Shown here one piece after another: positions 50,711-62,304 of a stretch of 64,000 nucleotides of DNA. The notes beneath the pieces were generated by a model, which saw only the letters and a list, made by a program, of their open reading frames with translations, did no database searches and was not told the DNA's origin. Location: NCBI RefSeq assembly GCF_006345805.1, contig NW_021834224.1:6543-70542 (forward strand). The letters are read 5' to 3'. A program made the position numbers and the translations under genes. This DNA comes from Octopus sinensis (lineage: Eukaryota). Numbering within the stretch: position 1 is the stretch's first letter; each line of letters begins with the position of its first letter.

Positions 50711-51763
50711 TGTGTTATTAGAATGAAAGATGAGCGTTTGCCAAAGCGTCTTTTTTTTAAGGTGAGCTCAACTCTGGTAAGTGACCACGACATAAGACGA
50801 GGAAAAGGTATAAAGACTGTGTGAAGGAGAACCTGAAGAAACTAGATATAGAAAAAATGGTGATTGGGAAAATGATGCTATGGATCGGAACAAGTGGAGA
50901 GGTGCTGTTAGGACTGGTTGTAATACCTGAGATGAAAAGATAATTAAGAACTCTGAACTTAAAAGAGCCTGTCACAAAGGATCAATTGGCACTGTAATCA
51001 ACAGTGAACATTGGGTATGTATTGTATGTGACCATGTTCTGTTGTCAAAAGCAGGATACGTGAATGTTCCTTCTCAAGCCATGCCTGGCTCATAAGGGCC
51101 GGTTTCCCGGTTTCCTTGGCGTATAGGTTCCCTGCCTGGATGGGACGCCGGTCTGTCAAACGTGAATGTTCCTTCTCAAGCCATGCCTGGCTCATAAGGG
51201 CCGGTTTCCCGGTTTCCTTGGCATATAGGGTCCCTGCCTGGACGGGACGCTGGTCCGTCGCAGGTGAGCTGCAAGATGCAGGAGGAAAGAGTGAGAGAAA
51301 GTTGTGGCAAAAGAGTCAGCAGAAGTTCGCCATTACCTTCTGCCGGAGACACATGGAGCTTAGATATTTTCGCTCATAAACACACACATCCCCCGGTCTG
51401 ATATTCGAACCCGCGATCCCTCGGCCGCGAGTCCGCTGCTCTAAACACTAGGCCATGTGCCTCCACAAGGATACGTGAATCATATGAAGTCACATGAAAA
51501 TCAAAATGCCCATGTTGCGAATGATCTTGGACACCAACCACCTGATACGACTAGTGTCATATGTCAAAAAATTGGTAAGACAATATCTGGACTTAAAGGA
51601 CATGCTGGTTCACAAAAACATTCCTTTAGAATCAGATTCCAAAGGGCAAAGATACAGAAGAAACCTGAATAATATCTGTCACTTGTGTTTTAAACCCTGT
51701 CAGTCAGAAGCTGGCCTTGGACGTCATCTGAGGGTTCATCAACGGAGGGAATATGCTGTGTGA
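50709..51763 (+). mobile_element. RTE-clade LINE ORF2 3' end with three C2H2 zinc fingers, degenerate, interrupted by a SINE
   Basis: RMKDERLPKRL..GELNSGK..RKRYKDCVKENLKKL..W...A.DR.KWR (RTE C-terminus), then CIVCDHVLLSKAGYVN/HMKSH, SVICQKIGKTISGLKGH (degenerate) and CHLCFKPCQSEAGLGRHLRVH; stops and frameshifts present. Confidence 0.8.
51066..51467 (-). mobile_element. tRNA-Arg-like SINE (family D2) with 13-bp TSD and duplicated 3' end
   Basis: TSD aggatacgtgaat at 51053-51065 and 51468-51480; minus-strand head gtggaggcacatggcctagtgtttagagcagcggactcgcggccgagggatcgcgggttcgaat; 102-bp duplication at 51059/51161. Confidence 0.88.
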
Positions 51764-51846
51764 TGGATGGGGTTTGGTGTGTGTGTTGATGGGACGGCTA
51801 TCATCTCTCAAGATGAAGCAATCATCTTCATCATATATGTATGTGT

Positions 51847-52580
51847 AGGCGTAGGAGTGACTGTGTGGTAAGTAGCTTGCTTAACAACCACATGGTTCTG
51901 GGTTCAGTCCCACTGCGTGGCACCCCGCAGGAGTGACTGTGTGGTAAGTAGCTTGTTTACCAACCACATGGTTCCAGGTTCAGTCCCACTGCGTGGCACC
52001 TTGGGCAAGTGTCTTCTACTATAGCCTCGGGCCGACCAAAGCCTTGTGAGTGGATTTGGTAGACGGAAACTGAAAGAAGCCTGTTGTATATATGTATATA
52101 TATATGCGTGTGTGTGTTTGTGCGTCTGTGTTTGTCCCCCTAGCATTGCTTGACAACCTATGCTGGTATGTTTACGTCGCCGTAACTTAGCGGTTCGGCA
52201 AAAGAGACCGATAGAATAAGTACTGGGCTTACAAAAGAATAAGTCCCGGGGTCGAGTTGCTCGATTAAAGGCGGTGCTCCAGCATGGCCGCAGTCAAATG
52301 ACTGAAACAAGTAAAAGAGTATATATGTATATATATATATAAATATATATGTGTGTGTATATGTTTGTGTGTATGTGTTTGTCCCCCCCCCCCAAACATC
52401 GCTTGACAACCGATGCTGGTGTGTTTACGTCCCCGTAACTTAGCGGTTCGGCAAAAAGGGAGAACGATAAAATAAGTACTAGGCTTACAAAGAATAAGTC
52501 CTGGGGTCGATTTGGTTGACTAAAGGCAGTGCTCCAGCATGGCCACAGTCAAATGACTGAAACAAGTAAAGAGAGTAAAA
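51847..52580 (+). mobile_element. SINE family A with duplicated head (51847/51926) and duplicated tail (to 52320 and 52580)
   Basis: Family motifs seen twice at each end. Confidence 0.82.
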
Positions 52581-53074
52581 AGCGAGTATGTACGTATGTA
52601 TGGTGCTGTCAACATCAGACGTGCCATGAGGACCCTTCAAAATATGTTTTTGAATGTTTTCTTCTACATTTATGTCCAACTCCTCACCCCTAAATCAGTA
52701 ACTGGTTTATTTCTCTTGTTATCAATAAGTAAAACACCCTTTACTTAACAGCATATCGTTATTCAGATCGGTGTTTTAAAAACATATATGTTCTATCCCG
52801 TAAAATTTCGCTGACACTATCCTGACATCTTCGTACGAAATTACCTTCGAAACACGCAATGAGTCGAACCAGGGACAACTGAAGAAGGGGAATATTCCTT
52901 GTATTGTTTGTCTTGTACTCTGTTTTTTCGTTGTTAAAATAAGTCCGTTTCCTTGTTTGATTTATGTTTTCGTTTCTCGTTGTGTTCTACGTTTATTTGT
53001 GGTGTCCTGTACTCATATATGCATGTATATATATGCATGTATATATATATATATATATATATAAAGTTAATCCT

Positions 53075-53244
53075 AACAAGAAAGCACAAAAAAACACAAC
53101 AACACGAGGACGTGGAACAAATATAGTATTATTGGATGCTCAGGAAAGAAGGAGGGTTTAACGTTTCGAGCGGAGCTCTTCGTCGGAAACATAGGAGTAG
53201 GAAAGATCCAGAGAAGAGAAGAAAGAGGTATATATACGGTATAT

Positions 53245-53279
<35 letters not shown>

Positions 53280-53450
53280 ACGGGAAGCTTTATGAAAATA
53301 AACAAAAGACGAAGGCAGGTGGAATACAAACAAACAATTGTATTAGTATGGCGCTCAGGAATATAAATAAAACAAGTCTTTTACGTTTCGAGCATATGCT
53401 CTTCAACAGAAAGATACACAGAAAAGAAACACAGAAAGAAACAAGGAGAG
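53075..53450 (-). mobile_element. Penelope-like terminal-repeat fragments
   Basis: Two acgtttcgagc..gctcttc motifs (~53160, ~53385), related to 23950-24100. Confidence 0.4.
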
Positions 53451-53498
53451 AAAAAAATGCATGCAGAGGCTAGCGAATCAACATGGCGATATATATAT

Positions 53499-53930
53499 AT
53501 ATATTTAGTGAAGGGAAGAAATGGAGCTGAACGAAGATTCTACAGAATTCCTTTTATTATTTTCTACACATGTTTCAAAGGCCGCAAATTTCCAAATTCG
53601 GATTGAATAAGGAGACCATTTTGCGGTTTTCTCTTCAGGAAAATCCAGGAATTTAAAAATCCAAAACAAATGCGCAGCAAGGTATTCGAACAAAACGCAC
53701 CTTAGGAGCCCATGAAATGGCACAAAACTGTCTCTCTGTTCGAATACCTTGCTGCGCATTTGTTTTGGAGATTTAAATTCCTGGATTTTCCTGAAGAGAA
53801 AGCCGCAAAATGGTCTCCTTATTCAATCCGAATTTGGAAATTTGCGGCCTTTGAAACATGTGTAGAAAATAATAAAAGGAATTCTGTAGAATCTTCGTTC
53901 AGCTCCATTTCTTCCCTTCACTAAATATAT
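53499..53930. mobile_element. Foldback element: 194-bp inverted arms with 44-bp spacer, in (TA)n
   Basis: 53499-53692 is the reverse complement of 53737-53930 with ~3 mismatches; the ORF track shows the same peptide on both strands. Confidence 0.92.
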
Positions 53931-54088
53931 TAAACTTCAATTATCCGCGCTAAGGCACGGTTGCGACACCGCAAGGTCGTAACTTCAACCGTGTTTTCTC
54001 TGTTGTGATTTTTGCTACCCAGGTATCGGTTAAATTTTGAATAATCCTTAACAAGATAATTCATTTATCCATTTCAATAAATAAATAA

Positions 54089-54141
<53 letters not shown>

Positions 54142-54618
54142 CATGTATATATACGTATAGATAGGTATGTACATATATTTATGTATGTATGCAGATGTTT
54201 ACTTTTGTTAAATTGTTATTACATACGTACATACTTACATACACACGTTTGTATAGAAATATAATTTGTAAACCAATTAATTAATCAGCTAATTAATCTT
54301 GACTTAAAATTAGTTTAACAGATTTTAATCCAAGTGGTGTAATTAAGTTGAAATAGCAGACAATTTAAGATAGTGTTTCAGTCAGTGTAAAACAACAGTA
54401 ACGTTAATAAGGATTAAGGGAACGAGGTAGCTGAGTCGTTAGCATGCCAAGCAAATTGCTTAGCGGTGTTTCGTACAACGGTAATTTCGTATTTTATGTT
54501 CGTCAAATAGAATCTGTTCTGGACCACATTGAAAACACTGCATGCAATCAAACTTCACTGGGTGAAACAGACACACACACACACATGCATATTTTTGCTC
54601 TTCTTCTTATTTCATTCG

Positions 54619-54822
54619 TTTAGTTAGTTAGTAGTTAGTTAATTTTTTGGCTCGAAAAGCAAAAAAGCAAGGCCATGTAGGGGGACATGGAGTTATGTAC
54701 AGGGAGGGTGTTCATGTAAAGAGTTCAGGCCACTTGTGGTCAAGGGAGACTTTGAACCGAGCGGTCGTCAGCATCTTCACTATCTCGTCCGGCAGCTTAT
54801 TCCACGGATCCGCAACCCATTG
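54619..54822 (-). mobile_element. CR1-clade LINE 3' end (second family) with (AACT)n tail
   Basis: WVADPWNKLPDEIVKMLTTARFKVSLDHKWPELFT fits the CR1 WN.LP..V....FK..LD pattern; directly abutted by a plus-strand D1 SINE tail (54823-54900). Confidence 0.72.
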
Positions 54823-55184
54823 GCACGTCAATTTCACGAGCAGGCTGTTCCATCGATCAGACGGACTGGGACACTCATCATCGTAACCGACGGAGAGCCA
54901 GGCGTGCATGCATGTTTCAAGTTGTAGGCTGCAGTTTTGCACCTAGGTCGCGGAAAATTTGCATCTGAGTAAATATTTTCAAAGAGAATGTCGTAAGCTA
55001 CGTGACCCTTTTTCTGATATCTTCCAGAACAAAAAAAGAAGAAAAAAAAAAGGAGTCCCTTGGATGCAAACATTCTGAGAGAAACAGCATCCTCATCTAA
55101 AAAAAACACACAACAAAAACATAAAAATAAAAAAGAAAGCTCTCAGCATCGTTTTCAAGCAATTTATTATAAATTATACGCATA

Positions 55185-56530
55185 GGCGTAAAAGTGGCTG
55201 CGTGGTAAGTAGCTTGCCGACGAACCACATGGTTCCGGGTTCAGTCCCACTGTGTGGCACCTTGGGCAAGTGTCTTCTACTATAACCACGGGCCGACCAA
55301 AGCCTTGCGAGTGGATTTCGTAGACGGAAACTGAAGGAAGCCCGTCGTGAGTGGCTGTGTGGTAAGTAGCTTGCTTACCAGCCACATGGTTCCGGGTTCA
55401 GTCCTACTGTGTGGCACCTTGGGCAAGTGTCTTCTACTATAACCACGGGCCGACCAAAGCCTTGCGAGTGGATTTCGTAGACGGAAACTGAAGGAAGCCC
55501 GTCGTGAGTGGCTGTGTGGTAAGTAGCTTGCTTACCAGCCACATGGTTCCGGGTTCAGTCCCACTGTGTGGCACCTTGGGCAAGTGTCTTCTACTATAAC
55601 CACGGGCCGACCAAAGCCTTGCGAGTGGATTTCGTAGACGGAAACTGAAGGAAGCCCGTCGTGAGTGGCTGTGTGGTAAGTTTTTGCTTACCAGCCACAT
55701 GGTTCCGGGTTCAGTCCTACTGTGTGGCACCTTGGGCAAATGTCTTTTACTATAGCCTCGGGCCGACCAAAGCCTTGCGAGTGGATTTCGTAGACGGAAA
55801 CTGAAGGAAGCCCGTCGTGAGTGGCTGTGTGGTAAGTAGCTTGCTTACCAGCCACATGGTTCCGGGTTCAGTCCCACTGCGTGGCATCTTGGGCAAATGT
55901 CTTTTACTATAGCCTCGGGCCGACCAAAGCCTTGCGAGTGGATTTCGTAGACGGAAACTGAAGGAAGCCCGTCGTGAGTGGCTGTGTGGTAAGTTTTTGC
56001 TTACCAGCCACATGGTTCCGGGTTCAGTCCCACTGTGTGGCACCTTGGGCAAGTGTCTTCTACTATATCCTCGGGCCGACCAAAGCCTTGCGAGTGGATT
56101 TGGTAGACGGAAACTGAAAGAAGCCCGTCGTGAGTGAGTGGCTGTGTGGTTCTGGTTCAGTCCCACTGCATGGCACCTTGGGCAAGTGTCCTCTACTATA
56201 GCCTCGGGCTGACCAAAGCCTTGCGAGTGGATTTGGTAGACGGAAACTGAAAGAAGCCCGTCGTGAGTGGCTGTGTGGTTCTGGGTTCAGTTCCACTGCA
56301 TGGTACCGTGGGCAAGTGCCTTCTGTCAAAGCCTTGGGCTGACCAAAGCCTTGTGAGTGGATTTGGTAGACGGAAACTGAAAGAAGCCCGTCGTATATAT
56401 GTATATGTATATATATGTGTTTGTGTGCGTCTGTGTTTGCCACCCCGCCAACATCGCTTGACAACTGATGCTGGTGTGTTTACGTCCTTGTAACCTAGCG
56501 GTTTGGCAAAAGAGACCAATAGAATAAGTA
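55185..56530 (+). repeat. Tandem array of SINE-A 5' halves (six ~157-bp units plus two shortened units) ending in a normal SINE body
   Basis: gagtggctgtgtggt at 55349, 55506, 55663, 55819, 55976, ~56136 and 56265. Confidence 0.92.
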
Positions 56531-56544
56531 CTAAGCTTCCAAAG

Positions 56545-56765
56545 AACGAGTTCAAATTTCGTCGAGGTCGACTTTGCCTTTCATCCTTTCGGGGTCGATA
56601 AATTAAGTACCAGTTACGCACTGGAGTCGATGTAATCGACTTAATCCGTTTGTCTGTCCTTGTTTGTCCCCTCAGTGTATAGCCCCCTTGTGGGCAGTAA
56701 AGAAATGGGTATTTCCTCTGTCTCTTTAAAAGGCGGCGAGCTGGCAGAAACGTTAGCACGCCGGG
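56545..56765 (+). mobile_element. SINE family B segment plus a second head
   Basis: gagttcaaattt..gcctttcatcctttcggggtcgataaattaagtaccag, then aaggcggcgagctggcagaaacgttagcacgccgggcgaa. Confidence 0.8.
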
Positions 56766-56834
56766 CGAACACACGAACACCGGTTGTCAAACAACTGTGG
56801 GATGACAAGCACAGACACAAATACGCACACACAC

Positions 56835-56875
<41 letters not shown>

Positions 56876-56889
56876 ATATATATATTTAT

Positions 56890-57668
56890 TAACTACCCAC
56901 AAGGGGCTAAACACAGAGGGGACAAACAAGGACAGATAAACGGATTAAGTCGATTACATCGAAACCAGTGCGTAACTGGTACTTAATTTATCGACCCCGA
57001 AAAGATGAAAGGCAAAGTCGACCTCGGCGGAATTTGAACTCAGAACGTAACGGCAGACGAAATACCTATTTCTTTATTACCCACAAGGGGCTAAACACAG
57101 AGGGGACAGACAAGGACAGACATAGGTATTAAGTCGATTACATCGACCCCAGTGCGTAACTGGTACTTAATTCATCGACCCCGAAAGGATGAAAGGCAAA
57201 GTCGACCTCGACGAAATTTGAACTCAGAACGTAGCGGCAGACGAAATACCTATTTCTTTACTACCCACAAGGGGCTAAACACAGAGGGGACAAACAAGGA
57301 CAGACATAGGTGTTAAGTCGATTACATCGACCCCAGTGCGTAACTGGTACTTAATTTATCGACCCCGAAAGGATGAAAGGCAAAGTCGACCTCGACGAAA
57401 TTTGAACTCAGAACGTAACGGCAGACGAAATACCTATTTCTTTATTACCCACAAGGGGCTAAACACAGAGGGGACAGACAAGGACAGACATAGGTATTAA
57501 GTCGATTACATCGACCCCAGTGCGTAACTGGTACTTAATTCATCGACCCCGAAAAGATGAAAGGCAAAGTCGACCGCGGCGGAATTTAAACTCACAACAT
57601 AACGCAGACGAAATACCGCTAAGCATTTCGCCCGGCGTGCTAACGTTTCTGCCAGCTCGCTGCCTTAA
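56890..57668 (-). repeat. SINE family B with 184-bp segment in four tandem copies
   Basis: .tacccacaagggg at 56893, 57077, 57261 and 57445; full head at 57600-57668. The central gcctttcatcctttcggggtcgataaattaagtaccag resembles the Meta domain as I recall it. Confidence 0.9.
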
Positions 57669-57904
57669 TATAATATATATATATCGTTTTGCTCGACTGA
57701 AGGCGGTCCTCCAGCATGGCCACAGTCAAATGACTGAAACAAGTCAAAGAGTAAAAAAAAGTAACTTAGAAGAGAGATTATTGGAAAACAAAGGCGAACA
57801 AATTTTTTTTTTATCAGAAACATCAGAACACTTCCATGTCGGCTCCATTCTTTGCACGCAGTTGACGATGCAATAATGGAAGTTGTAAAGATAATTTATG
57901 GACG

Positions 57905-57931
57905 CCCTATACATATACATACATATATATA

Positions 57932-57971
<40 letters not shown>

Positions 57972-58280
57972 CACATATATATACACATACAATACACACA
58001 TATATATATACACACATATATATATACACATATATACACATATATATATATAACATATATATATATACACATATATATACACACATATATACACACATAT
58101 ATATACACACATATATATATATACACATATATATACACACATATATATATATACACACATATATATATATACACACATATATATACATATATATATATAT
58201 ATACATATGTATATATACACATATATATATACACACATATATATATCTCATACACACACACACACACAGACGTAGATATC

Positions 58281-58317
<37 letters not shown>

Positions 58318-58318
58318 T
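57905..58318. repeat. (AT)n/(ATAC)n/(GT)n microsatellite
   Basis: Seen directly. Confidence 0.95.
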
Positions 58319-58904
58319 AAAGCACATACGCTATGTTTAATAAACATACCTTGTCTCGCTGAGATGCCGTAATAAAGTAGATAAAACACAACAGCTTCGG
58401 CGTCGAGGAGCAAAAGAGAAGCAATTTTCGGCACTGATTGCTGACAGAGTATATAAATAGATTTCAAAACATGTCGAACACTTTTCTCTCCTCGGTTGCC
58501 CGAAGCTGTTGCGGTTTGTTCACGTTATATTCTCGCAGCAAGACTTGTTTTTCTTAAACACGGCGTATAATATTTTCATAAACATCTTTTGATAACCACA
58601 CTGAGCTGGGGCTTGTGTTTAAAATTGCAGCTGGTGACCTTGTGCCGTTATGTAAATATTTCTACACCTGTAGTAATTAGTTTTACCTGTACAAGTGTGC
58701 ACCCTCCTCCCCTCCTCCCAAACGTGACTTTGTTTCCTCATAAGTTTCAGAAAAAAAGGGGGGGGATCTTTTCCTTTCGATAGCCAGATTTCAACACAAT
58801 TTCTAGTTAACTAAACACTTTAAAACTTCGTATACTGGTGGAATGTGTCAAAAGAAAACATTATTTTCACTTGGCTATTTTGATAAATTTGTAATGTGTT
58901 TACT

Positions 58905-59120
58905 CTTTTACTCTCTTTTACTCTTTTACTTGTTTCAGTCATTTGACTGCGGCCATGCTGGAGCACCGCTTTTAGTCGAACAAATCGACCCCGGGACTTA
59001 TTTTTGTAAGCCTAGTACTTATTCTATCGGTCTCTTTTTGCCGAACCGCTAAGGACAGGGACGTAAACACACCAGCATCGGTTGTCAAGCAATGCTAGGG
59101 GGACAACCACAGACACACAA

Positions 59121-59177
<57 letters not shown>

Positions 59178-59338
59178 TACGACAGGTTCTTTCAGTTTCC
59201 GTTCTACCAAATCCACTACAAGGCATTGGTCGGCCCCGGGCTATAGTAGAAGACACTTCCCCAAGGTGCCACGCAGTGGGACTGAACCCATGTGGTGGGG
59301 AAGCTGCAATCTTACCATCCAGCCATCATACCTGCGCC
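58905..59338 (-). mobile_element. SINE family A, full length
   Basis: Reverse complement of family A. Confidence 0.85.
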
Positions 59339-59649
59339 TGTGCTTTATTTTATTTATAAATCTTTTGTCCATGCAAATAGCTTGATAAATTTGGCTGCTA
59401 TCTCTAGCAGATGAAGCTGCTGCTGCGTACGTACACCCTCCCAAATCCGTCTCGAATGTACGGATGTATGTACGCGGCGGTTGATGTGGGGGTCACAGCT
59501 GTGTGCACGAGTGGGCGTGGATCCTGTTTATAAATATTCATAAGGATCCTTTTACATGTATTCTAAACACATGTCATTGCGGTTTGCCCTTTAAATACTT
59601 CGAGTTGGAGGTGTTTTTGTATTTACTACAATTATCTCTGTTCTCATTC

Positions 59650-59793
59650 TGCGCGCGCGCGCGCGTGCGTGTGTGTGTGTGTGGCGGGGGAATGTGTGTT
59701 TCGATCTGTGCGTTTGTGAGTGTGGGTGTATGTGGATGTGTGGTGTGCGTGTGCTTGTATTTGCAGGCCCAGATCTACACATGTATGTATGAT

Positions 59794-59846
<53 letters not shown>

Positions 59847-60039
59847 GATATATATATATATTATATATATATATACACACACACACAAATATATACACAC
59901 ACACACACATATATATATACACACACACACACACATACATATATATACACACACCACATATATATATATATACACACACACATATATATATATGTGTATT
60001 ATATATATACATACACACACAATATATATATACACACAC

Positions 60040-60072
<33 letters not shown>

Positions 60073-60139
60073 TATATATATATACACACACACACATACA
60101 CACATATATATACACACACACACATACACACATATATAT

Positions 60140-60170
<31 letters not shown>

Positions 60171-60223
60171 CACACACACATATATACACACACATACACA
60201 TATATATATACACACACATACAC

Positions 60224-60268
<45 letters not shown>

Positions 60269-60478
60269 CACACACACATATGTATGTATGTATATATGTA
60301 TGTATGTATATATGTATATATATAAAATAAAGATATGATTTTCTTTGTGCATATTAGTGGTTGTTATATATATATATATATATATGTGTGGTGTGTGTGT
60401 GTGTGTGTGAATGTGTGTGTGCGTGCGTATGTATATACAATGTGTGTGTGCGTGTGTATATATAATGTGTGTATACAT

Positions 60479-60512
<34 letters not shown>

Positions 60513-60515
60513 TGT
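59650..60515. repeat. (GC)n(GT)n and long (AT)n(AC)n compound microsatellites
   Basis: Seen directly. Confidence 0.92.
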
Positions 60516-61195
60516 GCTGCTCACGCATGCACTTCAGCGCACACAACCTCCCCTACCAACCAAAGATTAGTCATGTCTGTACTCAGGTTCCCCCCGTTTC
60601 TGCACCCACGTCAGCTCCCCACTCCCACCCCTCACCCTTACCCCCAACACCACCCCCCCCCATATTCTCCACCCCTCTTCTCCTCCTCTCCCAACTATAT
60701 TTATTTATTTATTTATTTATTTACTGAGTGAGCGGGGGGCGGGGGTGGTAGAGACGACGTGAGTGGGGGCAGGGAACGCAATCGGGTTCGCTCAGTTTCA
60801 CGTTTGTTTATCACCTGGTTTACTTCATGTCTACCTGCCTGATCCTGTTGTTATCTTGCTCTTGATTTCGTCCTTGCTCTGCTTTTTACCCTACCCTACC
60901 CTACCCTTACTGGTCCTTCCTTGCCCTTCCTACCTACCCCCCACCCCAGGTCCTTGTTATCTGTTCCTGACTTCCTCCTTGTTCTGTTTTTACCTGCTTT
61001 TCTTTTTTCTTGTTTTAGTTGTTCTTGCTCTGCTCTTGTTCTGCCTAAACTTGTCTTGGTCTGACATCTCCTAGCTACCCTAGCCAACACTGTCTTACTT
61101 TGGGGGTAATCTGGAGATTTAGCTGTTATTTCAAGCAAGTCGAGCAGCTACGATCAAGCATTTTCGTTGGCACGTATTTTGGTTATTGTCTAGAC

Positions 61196-61414
61196 CAGTG
61201 CTTTTCAATCTTTTTGCTGGAGCGGAACCCCAAGGAAACATTCCACTGGCTCGAGGAACCCCTGTGCAATAATTTAATAGTCTTATGCACACATATCTGC
61301 ACAGGAGAATTAAAAATTACTGCCGATTTTAGCAGTTTTGTAACTTCTTGCGGAACCCCTACACTGTACTAGCGGAACCCTAAGGTTCCACGGAACCCTG
61401 GTTGAAAACCACTG
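61196..61414. mobile_element. hAT (Charlie-type) MITE, 219 bp, 8-bp TSD
   Basis: gtctagac|cagtgcttttcaa ... ttgaaaaccactg|gtctagac; the TSD fits the NTCTAGAN preference of Charlie-type hATs. Confidence 0.9.
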
Positions 61415-61436
61415 GTCTAGACCAATTATTCTCCTT

Positions 61437-61696
61437 TACTCTTTTACTTGTTTCAGTCATTTGCTAGGGGGACAAACACAAACACACAAACATACACGCA
61501 CACACACATATATAATATATATATATATATATATACATATATACGACAGGCTTCTTTCAGTTTCCGTCTACCAAATCCACTCACAAGGCTTTGGTCGGCC
61601 CGGGGCTATAGTAGAAGACACTTGCCCAAGGTGCCACGCAGTGGGACTGAACCCGGAACCATGTGGTTGGTAAGCAAGCTACTTACCACACAGCCA
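61437..61696 (-). mobile_element. SINE family A with internal deletion and truncated head
   Basis: Family motifs; the tail is joined at gtcattt|gctagggg. Confidence 0.8.
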
Positions 61697-61937
61697 CGAA
61701 GCCGAAACTGTCGCTAGAAGCTAGGATCACCATGCATAGATTGGCATATTTCGGTCATATCATGCTCGGAATGGTCAGTGGCAAGAGAGGAAGAGGCCAA
61801 CCGAGAACCCGCTGGTTTGACACCATCAAGAGTGATACCGGAATGGACATAGCCAATCTGAAAGAAGCGGCCCAGGATAGAACTGACTGGAGGACACTGA
61901 TCCATCGAGTAACCGAGAGTCGACTTCGACTGAGCGG

Positions 61938-61970
<33 letters not shown>
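61697..61970 (+). mobile_element. RTE (BovB-like) LINE 3' end with (AAT)n tail
   Basis: SLEARITMHRLAYFGHIM..LGMVSGKRGRGQPRTRWFDTIKSDTG..L.EAAQDRTDWRTLIHRVTESRLRL is a classic RTE C-terminus. Confidence 0.85.
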
Positions 61971-61973
<3 letters not shown>

Positions 61974-61976
<3 letters not shown>

Positions 61977-62304
61977 CATCATAGCCATGTGTTGAGAGGG
62001 ATTCTTTGGGGTTTGGATAATTCACCTCTGGAAACATGGGTGGTTCTTTCTACATCCTTAAACAACCCTTATTCAGGGACCTTTTGAGCGGGATGGGCTA
62101 CTCAACCTGAAGAAAATTCTAACTGGGCCCCAACTCCAAGGTCATGTGCTGTTTATCTTGATATCAAATCACCATGTCGCGCACATATGGTTGTGATGCA
62201 TGTGCCTGGTGTACCCTTATCAGACGGGTAGTCATGATGGGTATATTGGGCTTCGTATATTTTACTCCAGTGTCACTTTGATGGCATGAACTGCTCTCTC
62301 ACTC
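61974..62304 (+). mobile_element. 5'-truncated copy of the 596-1151 element, inserted in the (AAT)n tail of the RTE
   Basis: gagcatcatagcc..ctctcactc, with AAT on both sides. Confidence 0.8.

Noticed and set aside
51457-51763. Stand-alone C2H2 zinc-finger gene
   Set aside because: Contiguous with RTE ORF2 sequence, frameshifted, SINE-interrupted and lacking TGEKP linkers.
52845-52905. ctgaagaagggg as a hammerhead core
   Set aside because: No GAAA follows the putative stem II.
59650-59685. Z-DNA-prone (GC)n(GT)n tracts (also 63050-63082)
   Set aside because: Common in this repeat background; nothing indicates function.
60763-61138. ORFs in the pyrimidine-rich unique segment, and nearby G-rich/C-rich runs
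   Set aside because: No recognisable domain and non-ATG starts; splice-like motifs on both strands are not distinguishable from chance; (CCCTA)3 is too short to call telomeric.
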